Positions 27,875-40,621 of a stretch of 64,000 bases of DNA are shown here, piece by piece. Position 1 is the first letter of the stretch. Every line of letters starts with the position of its first letter. The position numbers and the translations under genes are program-made. This DNA comes from Ptychomitrium polyphyllum (Eukaryota), in the NCBI GenBank assembly GCA_973851085.1, contig OZ316775.1, positions 12,462,001 to 12,526,000 on the forward strand. Direction: 5' to 3'. The notes under the pieces were generated by a model that was not told the DNA's origin, ran no database searches, and saw only the letters and a list, made by a program, of their open reading frames with translations.

Positions 27875-30800
27875 CTATGCGGCGGGTAACTTGTTCCACT
27901 TCTCATATGTGTTGAAAAGCAAAGACACAACTGCCCATACTAATACTGTAATCACCCAACCTTGCCCTGAAAATGGGGAGTGATGGAAGTTGGTAGGTTT
28001 TGAGGCCCTTGATCCCTTCTGTGAATCCCATGCTGTTGTGAACGCTCTGCATTAACATGGAACACGGAACAATTAATCAATCTATACACAAATTCAGTGT
28101 TGATTGACGACCAAGAAACGAAGCGTGAATATGTAGAAAAATATGTATATGAAGTGCCTGGCTGGTGAGAAACCTTACTTTCTAGAACAATAGACCAAAG
28201 CAGCAGGAACGATGAGCATAACCGCGCATCCAGCAAATGCCCCCGTGAAGCCCACAAGCTCATCCACAGAAATGTTTGCATGCTGCAGTAATACGGACAT
28301 GTCAAATTATGGAACGTCACTCTTTGTGCTACATTCTAAAGCCCGCATCAACTCCCTGTGGCAAATCATTCAAGGCATTGTATCATGGTCAATAGATCGC
28401 TATCAGAAACAGTATTTCTCAGGAGAGGTTTTCACTTATGCGTCAGGAAAAGCTTGGCATAAAATAAAACCTTAGCAAAGTAACTGAGAAGGGTAGGCGG
28501 CACAACAGCAAGCAAAGTGAGCATCAACCGCCGAAGGGTACTTTCCTCTGATGGCGATGATATCTCTGTGTAATAAAACAATGAAATTTCAATCCATGTG
28601 CATCAGGGATACTGCACAGCTATCTGGAAAAGCAAGCTCTAACCACAAGCAATTATTTTAGGAGCTTAAACCACTTAACATCCTCTAGATTAATTTCAAA
28701 CTTCGGTGGGTGTAATGATTGCTGACCTGTCTTGGACAAGAACTGGATCAAGGTGTCAATGTTGTTGCGCAAAGTGATGGAAACCATAGGAAAGGTGGAT
28801 GACAATGTAAACACTGGTCACCCAGGAACCATTGCGTGGTTAGTTCAATCAGAATGCCTCCCGTACTAAATTATCTCACTTCGTTACACAAAACTTGGAT
28901 CCTTAATTCCAGTGTAAGTATTTTACATCGTTGACAAATGAAATAAGTGTGATTGCCTTTGTGGCAGGTACTAACCTGGAAATAAGAACAGCAAGTTACC
29001 AACAATTCCATACTCTGAAATGATTAGTCAAGAAATGACAAGTTAAAATGTGCAAAAACTCACAGTATATAACATGGATTATACGTACTAAACAATCATT
29101 CAAGGTGGATACGGTCTGCTGGAAAATTGAATGTCAAAGGATCCTTCACGGTAACACCTGCATCACAGAGTAAACATGTACTGAGAATAGTGCCGTCGAT
29201 GCAATTGAAGGTGTATGCAAATAACGCACTGTAGAACGGATCACCATACTAAACATCCACTACCACAAAGCTAGGCAAGGCCGTTACATACCAAATGCAA
29301 ACCCGCTGGAAACCAAGAGCAATATGTACACAACAACCACACTCCCGTATGCCAGAGCCGCAATGCGCTGTAAGTGTGACTTGTCCCGCATGGGTGTCAC
29401 AATGCCAGGTAAACTGTACACACATACAAGACATATACCTATAATGATGCAGCAAAAATATAAGAACCCAAAGAATTTCAAGGAGCCTATACATCTATTC
29501 AGATATATAACACAGCAGCATTACGATTGGACGAAAATGAAACCAACCTCATAGTGCTAATGGGCTTTGGTGCGACACAACAAAAACTTACATACCTGTG
29601 ATGACACATAAACGAGTAGACAGCTCCTCCAAAAAGATTTGGCAATGCTCTGCAAAGAACAGCATTTTGCACAAGAGTTTGTCACATGCACAGACCAGAT
29701 CGTCTACTTCTCTGCCAAAGGGTTTAATCAAGTGAACCTTGTTCGTTAAAGCTGCAAATAATACTGTTCAGATCCCTAATTTGTACTAACTGATGTGTAA
29801 ACATATGTAGTAGCTCTTAAAATAGAAAATTATAAGTGCCTTACGATATGTTCAGAGTTGGTACATCCGAGTCTTGACGGCCTCCTTTGACAGCTTTGGC
29901 AGCTGCCAAAATTATCATGCTGCAAGATACCAAGCCGCATTTAAAGATTATGAAGTGCTTGCAGATCGGGATGATGATCACCTATTACCAATACAGAATG
30001 AATGTGGGAGACTATCCAAGAGAAGGCAGATACACATACGTGTAAAGTGAGATGTTTCGGATAGCCTGCACGTTGTTCAACAAACCAAACATCAGTGGAA
30101 ATGACAGAAAACATATGTATGCTATCTTATGCAGCCATTGCCAGGAAGAAAATTATGTCGATTGTTCAGTTACACCTATGAGGAACTGTGCGTCATGTTG
30201 CAAGCAACAGAGGTTTGCTACCTGGATAACCAATTGATCACGAAACATAACTAAACTAACGACATGAGGGTATTAGAGGACATACAAGAGTTGTCATCTG
30301 CAGTAGTTTCGTTTTCTGGAAATCGAAATAGCTGCCACAAATCAGGAGTATCATCTGAAGCTTGTAGTTAAAACGAGAATACTTGTTGATGTCACATTGG
30401 TAATACTTCCCAGGAACGTGTTAAACATACTACAACAAAACAAACAAGAGCAATTAACAAGCAGTCACAGTGAAATCATCTTCTCTTAGCGGAACATAGA
30501 GGTAACAGATATGTGCAATGTAACTTGTTCTGAGCATAATGTATTATTACCAGAAAGGTAAACTGAAACAAAAGAAGATACTCAGGTACAAGTCAAATGC
30601 CCATGAAGTCGGAGTGAGGTTAACAAAATATTCCGCCAATGATCGAGCAATCAAGGTGCTGTAGATGATAGAATCTCCAGTAAGATACAACTGTGTCATT
30701 CAAACAAACCATTCCTCAGAATGTAAGATAAGGTCTCTCCAGAGATTTGATACCCCTTTTTGTTAATACATGAGTCCAAAACGAATTTTTAGTGTATCAT

Positions 30801-32177
30801 AAGGGATTAATAATGTTTCCATGATAAGAACACTTACAATTAAGGCGCCGTAGAAGACGATAATACCCCATTGATTGAAGAACATACCCTGCGCTCAAGG
30901 TATCGCGATTTAGTAGGCATTGAAGTTGCCCAACTAATGTACACATTTCCCGACAGAGACTCCATATATGCATGATGCAATTTTTATCTCATTTGTGGAA
31001 CATGAGAGGATTTGGGATTTAGAAACAAAAGTGCATGGAACATACAGCCATTTCTCCCATCTCTATCTTCTTCGAGATTTGAAACATGCATTCGTCACTT
31101 GATTTGTGCACAGGATGCGATTCCTCGATAGGAAAGTCATCCCCTCGGTGTCCAGCCTCTTCACTCAGAAGAGATTCGTCGAGCTCATCCTGAAAAAATT
31201 GATATTATGTCCCAGCTTAGAAGGTGCCAAACAATATTGAACAAAATAGATGTTAAACCAATGCAAATGACTGGTACATGCACTTGCAGGAATCTCATTT
31301 AAGTTTATTTCTGTTCAGCTATTTTCATAAGCTTCCATTGAACTAAATATCTATAATTTCAGCCATCGATAACTGAAAGAAAAAGGAATTCAAACTAAAA
31401 GAAGAAAAAAAAATGAGACTTCACTAAGACACACCTTGCTTTTGAGTTGGACGAAGGCATTTGCTGTGGCCATTGATTCCAGCACAAACGTCACACTTAC
31501 ATAGCTGCAAAGAAGAATGATGCAACCTGAGATGTAGAAAATATCTGAGAAAGGCCATACTTGAAAGTGATAATCACTCGCAGCACATGTACCGGACTGT
31601 CGTTGTAAACACTTAAAAACCATGTTCAAACGCGAATCAGTCAAGGAAGAATCAACATACCTGAGAAATGCAACGATTAAAACGAAGGAGGTGCATAAAA
31701 CCTGTCGACAGGTCCACAGTAACATACTTTTGTTAACATGATGCCCAAGCATATGTAACAGAATTAGTACATCTTGGTATCCAGCTAAGTTACTTTGGTT
31801 TTGAAAAGAGAATATTTAAATTGAAGCCAGGAACAGAAAAAGATAGTACAGAAGCACATTAGTTTTCTAAGAAAGCTCCAAATGAACAACGATCCACGGA
31901 AACAAGAGTAAGCGTTGAGCGAGGGTTGGTTAAGAACGTACCCAGCCTCCTTTCAGCAACACTGATGGAAGAGCTAAACAACCTGTACCTACCATCAAAT
32001 TAAAAAGGAAGCTGCAGGCACAACCCCATCCATCAGTACACATTCGAATCAATCAACCAAAAACTCAAAGATCGTCGTTTCTGCACAAAAATGAGATGCT
32101 CAAAGAAAGTCAAAGACGCACATAAAAGCCACAAACGGCGAATACTGAGAGCCATGACCAATCTCCGCGTTGGTCAT
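27875..32177 (-). CDS. TMEM104-like amino-acid transporter family (SLC38/AAAP superfamily) membrane protein, many short exons
   Basis: Spliced product MTNAEIGHGSQYSPFVAFIFLFNLMVGTGCLALPSVLLKGGW...SYVSVTFVLESMATANA...KKIEMGEMAGMFF...YFDFQKTKLLQ...LPNLFGGAVYSFMCHHSLPGIVTP...FPVFTLSSTFPMVSITLRNN...LVGFTGAFAG...NFHHSPF...KLPAA*. These motifs parallel animal TMEM104 (FNLIVGTG, FDVQKTK, VYSFMCQHSLPS, FPIIAVTLRNN). Confidence 0.88.
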
Positions 32178-33028
32178 CTTGAAGGCGCTTCCAATGCTCG
32201 CCCTCCTCTCGAACGAATTTCACAAGAGCCGCCACTGCCTACCTGATGCAACATCATCACAGATCAGTCTTCGTCAAGTGCATCTCTCAGTTTCCAACAG
32301 ATTAAGAAAATCTACCAATGGATTGGCACATTATCTTGCTATACAGATATGTCCACTGTGAGAAACGGACGGACGTCTCTCCACTATGAGGAAGATTGAG
32401 AGGTAGGACGGCAGTGCGAATTCGAAATTCACCTCCGAGTAAACAGCTTACAAGTCCTAAAGATCATGAAGGAGAAAATTTACAAGAACTGGGTTCGGAT
32501 ACATCTGGACTGTAAAGTTCCATAGTTAAGTGAGTTCAATCAGCGATGCAGTTCAGAGAATTGAGTACCTCATGCGAGCTCTATCCGAAGCTCGACGCGC
32601 ACGCTCAAAATGGTCGTGCGCAAGCTTGACTGAAGAAAAAAAGCCCGCTAAACTCTGCGAAAGAAAAACTCGAAGCCAACTCGATAGAAGTAGCGCTGCA
32701 GATGCATGAAGCTCACTTCTCGCCGCAATCTGATATCGATACGTACTTCACCAGCACCCAGCTACCTGTTCCGGATTCTGAGCCTCAACAATCCGCGGCG
32801 CATCGACGAGTGGCATGCAAGAGAATCTTGTGCTAGTCCAAGATCGAAATCGTGATGCCACATCAGACCATGCTCGACCACGTGGAGTAGAGTAGATAAC
32901 TCCGAAGTTCGGCGTCGACCCCACACTCAGAATCAATATAAAAGTGCCGAACAATGATACCCAAATGTCCTAGGTCATGATTCCCTTTTTTCAAGCTTCA
33001 TGTCACTGTCCAACATTTTCACTGGGTT

Positions 33029-33036
33029 TAGGGTTT
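33029..33036. promoter_or_regulatory. Telo-box in the short divergent promoter between the TMEM104-like gene and LYR/ASNSD1
   Basis: TAGGGTTT within GGGTTTAGGGTTT. Confidence 0.5.
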
Positions 33037-33222
33037 CGTAGGTTTCCCGAATTCGTACTGTCTTTTTTCATGATTGTTTGCACTGGTTACTCATTGCGGG
33101 TGCAAGAGAGCATCGCCTTTAGAGTCCAGTTGAGAGAAGGGTTATGTTTTGGGAAATTTGTTGAAGGTTTTGGAGTGTTTGTGTTTTGAGGACGAGGCCT
33201 AGCGGGTGGGTTGGTGGGCTTC

Positions 33223-33501
33223 ATGGGGAAAGGCTTGCTGTGGGCGACGGCAGAGGATCTGGCGAGGAGCAAGCCGCGCGTGTTGTCGCTCTACAGGCAG
33301 TATCTGAGGGCGTTGAATTCGGAGAAGCTGGGGCTGGGGTTGGCTGCGCAGGAGACAAAGAAGGGTCATGTGCGGGAGCTTTTTAGCATGGGGTCTGGGG
33401 AGCGGTCGTCGCATAACATTCGGGAATTGATCGATGCTGCCGAGTATACGCTGACGCTGCTGCGAAAGGGTCAGATTCCGCGTGAGAGCTACAACAAGTG
33501 A
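33223..33501 (+). CDS. Small LYR-motif (Complex1_LYR family) protein, 92 aa, intronless
   Basis: MGKGLLWATAEDLARSKPRVLSLYRQYLRALN...VRELFSMGSGERSSHNIRELIDAAEYTLTLLRKGQIP. It has the LYR tripeptide, a downstream Phe, and resembles the plant LYR family recalled as Arabidopsis At3g19508-like. Confidence 0.88.
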   Translation: MGKGLLWATAEDLARSKPRVLSLYRQYLRALNSEKLGLGLAAQETKKGHVRELFSMGSGERSSHNIRELIDAAEYTLTLLRKGQIPRESYNK

Positions 33502-33912
33502 TGGTCGCATTTCGAAGCCAGTCTACTTTAGGATTCTTTGTAAGCAATTTTCTTCTTCCATGCTGGAATTCTCCTAGTTCGGAACAAACTTCGATTGATG
33601 ATCCTGGATGAACAGTCATTGCTGGTTTTGACGTACACTGATTAATGCGCGAGAAGAACGTGTTGTGTACTTCTTGTAAAAATTTTATGGTGACTTTCTT
33701 CTGATCGAAACATTGGTTCCAGTTGTGGTGAATTCTAATGAATTTTTGTAGGACGTTGTTGGTGGTTTTTATCTGCTTAGGGTCTTTGCATGAAACTATT
33801 GATGTAGCCATCCAAACATATTGTATCACTTATTTTGTTCCTTTATTTTTCAATTCCCGTTGATGTTTATCCGTGTGTCTGTGGCAGAGTTAGTGATGCT
33901 TCGTTGGTCAGG

Positions 33913-36900
33913 ATGTGTGGCATCGCATTGAGCCTCTATGGGGTGCACATTCAGGGCCACTTAGGCGTCACAGCTGATGGGGAAATCCCTGCAGAGCAAG
34001 AAGAGGTGCTGAGTTGGACTGCTCATCTCCACACAGCTTCTCCATGTGGTCTTACATTTGGTACATTATGAATGCGATATCGTGAATGTTAAGAAATGGT
34101 TGTTGATCTAGACTGCGTTTTTCTGTCGCACAGCTGCTTTCTTATTGGTGGTATTGCTTTGTGGCAGGATTTGCATTTCGAGGGACCTAGCATTGCGGAT
34201 GTTTGTGAGGGACTGAAGCGCAGGGGCCCTGACACCCTAAACACAGAGACACTATTTGTCAAAGCCGTTCAGAGCTCCGGTGAGCTTCAGGTTGATGCTG
34301 TTGTACAGAACGCTGTGCGTGGGCCGTGCCTCAAGATCGATTTTGTTGGTGCCTTATTATCTCTGCGTGGCGATCGTCTAGTCTCGCAACCGCTCAAAGA
34401 TTCTGCAGGCAATATACTTGTCTACAATGGTGCGTTTACATCGTATCTATTATTTTTGAAGCTTGTTGCTAGCTTAGTTTAGTTACAAGGAATTTTCTGG
34501 TGCTTGATAGTGATGATTTTGTTTTGGTCTGTCAAATTCGTGGAGCAGGAGAAATTTTTGGAGGTCTTCAAGTGCAGCCAGGCGAAAATGACACTCTGCT
34601 CCTGATGGCAGCTTTGGGCACCTGCTGTGCTTGTGTCTGCCATGCCAAGCCCAATGACAATTTTTGTGTTTGCAACACACAGGAGATAAAAGGGCCACAT
34701 AAGACCGTGCAGGGGACACTCTCAGCATTGAGAGGGCCATGGGCTCTTGTCTACTGGCAGGTTAATGGCTTGCAATTTTGATTTTTTTCGAAGTTCTGTT
34801 TGTTCTATTTTGAGGTTTCAAGTTTTGTTTTATTGCAATAGCTGTGTGTTACTCCTAGATATTGTTGTAGATTCGTAATAATATTTGAAATAAGTCATTA
34901 CTTATTGAAAGTATCACATACGTATCACCATGGATCTAATCAGCGCAGATGCTAGAAAATTGGCAATGTAGTATGTGTACACTTGCACGTCAGCGTTCTA
35001 ACTGGCATGGTTTATCTGCTTTTTGTTTCAGGCTCAACATCAGCTACTCTGGTTTGGAAGGGATGTCCTAGGACGGCGAAGTCTTCTTTTGCATAGACCG
35101 TCATTATCAGATTCTCGTTTTCTTTTGGCGTCGGTTGCTCCTGCCGACAGCAGTGCTTCTACAAAAAGCAATGAAGATGCTCATTCATTCCAATATTGGG
35201 AGGAGTTGCAGTGTGGTATCCATAGCATGTCGTTGAATTCTAAGAAGCTCCAAGGTACGTTGAAATCTTCTTTTATAGGACTGACTAGACTGCATAAATG
35301 GGAAGATCCACTTCTGCGAAAGCTGGTTATGTGGGATCGGCAACATCTTGACCCTAGTAACTTCACAGACACCCTCTCCATCAAGATACCTCAGCAAGGA
35401 AAAGAGAGTACTGCTGGTGCTGTCCTAAAAGTTTTACGATGCTCGGTGAAAAAGCGAACCAGTGACATCAGGGAACGCCAGCAGGTCAGTGCTTGTAATT
35501 AGAATATCTAGCCAGTCATTTAATGATGCCGTATGAACGTCGATCAGTACTGATGAGCCTGTTTAGCTGTTTGGTTCTACAATACTCTTTCTAGTGCTAA
35601 TAATTTGTATGACTGTTTGGTTTGGCAGGAGTTTGCCCATCTGGGAGAGGATAATGTCTACACTCCTGTTGCTGTCCTGTTTTCTGGAGGCTTAGACTCG
35701 ATGATATTAGCAGCATTGTTGGACGAGTGCCTACAATCCGACTGTAAGTTGTGTGTCCATGATTTTTCCAAGAATTCTTTATTTAAATTAATCTCTGGAG
35801 TCATCTATATGGTCATGTTTGTAAGTTGCCGGGCAGCTTGAATACAAGATAGCGTTGTTTGCTAAGTAGTTGATATATGGTTGCAGATGGGATTGATCTT
35901 CTGAATGTCAGCTTTGAGGGTTCTACTGCACCAGACCGAATATCCGCCATTGCAGGTCTTGCTGAGCTTGAGCGGGTTTCACCTTCCAGAAGGCAAACTT
36001 CGCAAGCTTTCTATTCTCAGAAACACGAAATAAATTTGCTTTACATTGATTTTTAAACAAACCTAACTTCATTTTGCAAGTTTAAGGTCACCGACACCTT
36101 TCTCCTGCGCTTTACAGAAGTTACTGCCCCGTTTTTGTTTGATGGAGAATATGTGTACATGTATACCTCTGAGGTTCAGGTATTCGTGTATATGATTAGT
36201 CCAATCGCTGAAGGTGTGACTGACATCTGTCAGATCTTAATAATTGGCAGATGGAGATTGGTGAAGATTGATGCTGACCTAACAGCTATGGATTCATACC
36301 GTACTCATCTTCAGTCTCTCATATGCCCTTCCAATACATTCATGGTGAGCGTTTGAAATGTTTCTTTAGATCATGCTACTATTATATAGTGAGCTAGCAA
36401 GTAAGTTGTTTTCTTTATGTGAATTTGGTGAATGTATTCTCCCGAATCTTCAAAATTTACAAAATCTAAGTTTTTTGGAAGGATAAGTTCTTCCAGATAC
36501 GTTCGTGATTCAGGCTTCTGAATAGTTTAGATCTTGTGCAGGATCTCAATATTGGAATGGCTCTGTGGCTTGCGGCAAGAGGAGAAGGATATGTGTACGA
36601 TGCTCAGGAACGGCATGACTTAAATGAAGGCAGAACTGTTTACAAGTCCAGTGCACGAGTGCTGTTAGTTGGGGCAGGAGCTGACGAGCAATGTGGAGGC
36701 TATGGACGGCACCGCACAAAATATAGGCTTGGAGGGTGAGCCCATTGTTTCCTTCTTTTCATTAAAAACCAGTAAGCTAGCCTTTGACTGCTACGAAGAT
36801 TCAAGTATATTAAGCTCAGGTTTAAAAAACCTGAATCCCAAAGCTATTTTTTTACTAAAATATCAGTCTGAGAAAGAGTTGGCTGGACGGTGCAGGTGGA

Positions 36901-38104
36901 CAGCGTTGCAAGCAGAGATGAGAATTGACATGCAGCGCATCTGGAAGCGAAATCTGGGGAGAGATGATCGATGCATGTCCGATTTGGGTAAAGAGGTAAC
37001 GATGAAGAACGTAACTCTCAAGCTGTTGTTCCAGGCAGATGAGATGCGAGTCTAAGTGCTATGTTGAGCGGGACAGCGACAGATTACGTCAAGTTCTGTG
37101 GAATGTTGTAATTTTTTGTTTCTGACTGTGTATTGGCGTATTTGTTTGGCAGGCTAGGTTCCCGTTTCTGGATGAAGAAGTAGTAGAAACGCTTTTAGAT
37201 ATGCCTCTCTGGGATATCGTGGATCTACGGCTGTCTATTGGGAATGGTGACAAAAGAGTTCTTCGTGAGGTATGTCCGTTTGTTCCCGTATTACCATGTA
37301 TGACAACCGTGTAACTTACATGTTTAATTATGATGTTGATTTACCTCGTGAAAGAATACAATAGATTCTTTGACTTCTGAGACTTCTGATACACTCGTTA
37401 ACAATTTTAGTGAACTCTGCTGCTCAAACTATACATTGTTTGACTTGTGGAGTAATGGCTTGTACCAATTACAAGGGAGGTATTCTCGAATACTGTTGCT
37501 AACTTGCCGAAGTTGTGACCACGTGGCAAACCCCTAGTTAGACATCCGAATACCACTTGTCATTTCCAGCAGCTACATCACAAATTGGTAAACCTATGAT
37601 TTTATTGGTCAATCTACAATAGTTACCGACTCTTTGATACCATCTTAACTATTATAGATTACAAAACTAACAATCAATCAATTAGTTTTGATAATGATTT
37701 GCAATGGTAGCTATGATTTGTCAATCTACAGTAGGTATCATTTGAGACAGTTCTCTTGGATGTTGTTACTATGCAGGTGGCCATGAGCTTGGGTTTGCCA
37801 GGTGCTGCTGTTTTACCAAAGCGTGCAATCCAGGTATGGCATCTTAGGTTGGCAACCCTCTCATATTCGAGGTTATTTTGCGTTTACAAGAATATGTAGT
37901 CATTTTAAAGTTCGGGTAGTTTATCGGTGAGGAGCACAGATCGAAAGAAACGGATGAATGATGACACTTTTGGTATGCTCTTTTTTGCAGTTTGGGAGTC
38001 GTATAGCACGAGAATCAAACAAAAGGGAATTTGGAAGTAACCGTGCTGCTAATCAAGCATCTGCAGGCAGTGCTTTGCTGCCTGGTATTGGACGCTCAGC
38101 GTAA
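33913..38104 (+). CDS. ASNSD1: Asparagine synthetase domain-containing protein 1 (Ntn glutamine amidotransferase + synthase domain), ~12 exons
   Basis: N-terminal MCGI, LKRRGPD, LVYNGEIFGG, GPWALVYWQ, LWFGRDVLGRRSLL, VAVLFSGGLDSMILAALL, IDLLNVSF, DLNIGMALWLAARG, GAGADEQCGGYGRHR, RIWKRNLGRDDR, ARFPFLD, GDKRVLR, PKRAIQFGSR. Exons at approx. 33913-34005, 34168-34429, 34549-34760, 35032-35484, 35629-35743, 35887-35992, 36251-36344, 36542-36735, 36896-36995, 37153-37269, 37778-37833, 37991-38104. Confidence 0.95.
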
Positions 38105-39543
38105 GGCATTTAGAGTAGTTAGTTTAGACATGTCTGGACCAGACTCTGGTGGCGTGTGGTTTTTCTTTAGCATTCTGTAAGTTGAGTTTGCAACATTACT
38201 ACAAGGTACCTTTTTATCTTCCCAGAAACGTTATATTCATGCGCAACTTTTGTGTTTCGGATTCATCAGAACTACTGTATAAGCATCCCGGTGAATCAAT
38301 CATGAACACAATTTATTTTGCGATTCCCCTGTCCCACAAGCACTCTAAACTTGTCAGCGTTCATTCAGCTCCGCTTCGTTCTCATTAACCTCTATGAGCT
38401 ACACGAAACTCTTCTTGCCTCTTGCTGCCCATGCACCTAGGAAGCAGTGGAAAGTGTGCGTGGGATCTGCCCTGCTTCCTTCCTGATTTGGGGTGCATGG
38501 GAATGAGTGTGAAGCAAGAGGGGAGTAAGCTTCATGCAAACTGGCTCTTAGTTCGTCAGTGGATAACCCAATATCATTTGAAATTGCGGTGCCACTCCGA
38601 CGACCATGGTATTCATCAAAATTGAGCACCAAGTTATTTATCAGCTTTGCGAGTGTTTAATCAATTCTGAATATTGCACCTTGATGGCACAGTCATGCAA
38701 CTCAAAAAAGTTGGAAAATATGGTTCGTCCCCAAGGTTGGGATTCATTCAAAATATGCTTAGCAATTCATTTTGAAGAATATTTTCACTTTGGATGAATA
38801 ATAGTGCTTTTAGGAATCTATCATTTTCTTTTGCAGTTTTGTTTTTTCCAGAACTAATAAATCCCAGCAGTATGTTTTCCTGGCAGTGTGCATACGAAGC
38901 TTCTTTACCATATAGCCAAAACTTGTTTAAACCCCAAGAGTAGGTGATAATGATACAGCCTTGTGTGTATGGTAGGCCACAACCATAGAATGCACCATAG
39001 AATTCTTGACAGTGTAATATAGAACCTCTCAGATTTATCCCATGCATCATGTAGTGTAAAATGGAATAAATTATAGTCAATGGACGTTTGAAGTCTAACA
39101 CAACTTAAAACATAATTATATAATATAATCATAATTAATTATGAATTTCCAAACATAGATTTTGTTATAGACCAAAAAGCACCAATAAATCAACCCATTA
39201 ATCATATAAATAACAAATAACCACCACTTAATGAATGCACAATCATCCAATTCCTATTCAATAACCACCATACACCAAGCCTATATTCATTACATGTTTT
39301 TTTTCCAAAGTATTGTAAATTGACTTACTTTTCCATTACCACCTTTCCTTGATTTCATTTATGTCCATCATTTATCAAGCCTAAACCACCACTGACAAAG
39401 TCTTTAGTATATTATGGTAATGCACATGATGATTTTTAATCTTTTAGTATTTGGTAGTATTCACATTAAATCTTTTGCAAAATGGCACAAAAACCACTAT
39501 CAAACTTAGTTTGTTTGGCTACATTTGATTATGTGATACCATA

Positions 39544-39833
39544 TTCATTATAATAAGAAATTTCAAAGTTTCAAAATAACTCAAAAAATGAAATAGATTT
39601 AAAAAAGCTTAAATTTATTAAAAATGATTGTCATGTTTTAAAAGTTATATAGTAATTTTCTTGCCAAGAAATGAGCCATTGTAGCCAAAAGTCACTCAAT
39701 TGCACTTGAATAGTTTTTGAATTATGTAATTAAAATGATTTATGAGTTATAAAATTTAGCTTAATTCAAGTTAAATCTATAAAAAATTATTATAGTCCTA
39801 AAACTGTTGTTTTATCCCATTATAATGAATATT
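39544..39833 (+). mobile_element. Dispersed AT-rich repeat, copy 2
   Basis: Same-orientation homolog of 2133-2392. Confidence 0.7.
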
Positions 39834-40621
39834 ATGTTATGTATAATATTCACTCACCAAGTAATGATGGATGTGCAACTACAGCATCTGCACTCACTGT
39901 ACTCACAGCTTCTGTAATTCTATGTTAATGCATATTGTTCAGAAATTTGTACTCCCTAGTTTAATTTTGATTGAATTTTTATTTTTATAATCATGAAGAT
40001 GCTTTTCATAACCTTATTTGGCAGTTGTAGGTGGAAATTTGTAAGAGTATCCAAATAGATTAATCACGGACCTAGGAGGGTTTTATTTTTCAATGTTGAG
40101 AAAGCTACATATGGCAATGCTGTTTTCCTATTGCTACAAAAGTGTGATTCCAACCTCTTGCATCCCTTCCTTCCTTAGTTTGAGCAATATGAGCAATATT
40201 GTAACAAATTTTTTTTAATGCTTTTGTTTCCTGTATAATGTCAGAACACAACTTGCTTTTAGCTAATTTTTCTCACAGATGAGATCACTATCTTCAAGCT
40301 CGCATGAAACCCACATCCACAAGTGAATAAGTGAATGATCCTAAACTGGAATGTGAATAAGTGAATAGGATTGCTTTCTGAACACACTGGCTGCTGAAGA
40401 TTCACATCAGATGAAGTACAAGGCAGCAGTAATAAGCTAAATTTACTTACATGGGTGACATAATCATCCGCTTCATACATCAAGACTGTCAGGTTCATTC
40501 TCACAAGCTGCCATCTCGGATCTGCATACAGGAACAGAACCTAGTTCCCTCTCAAGGCACATCCTACTGATCACTCAAGTTGAGCATAATGGAGTACTTC
40601 TGTGTATCATGTCCTTTAAAG

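Noticed and set aside
38399..39132. Minus-strand ORFs of 75-117 aa downstream of ASNSD1
   Set aside because: No family resemblance or exon structure.
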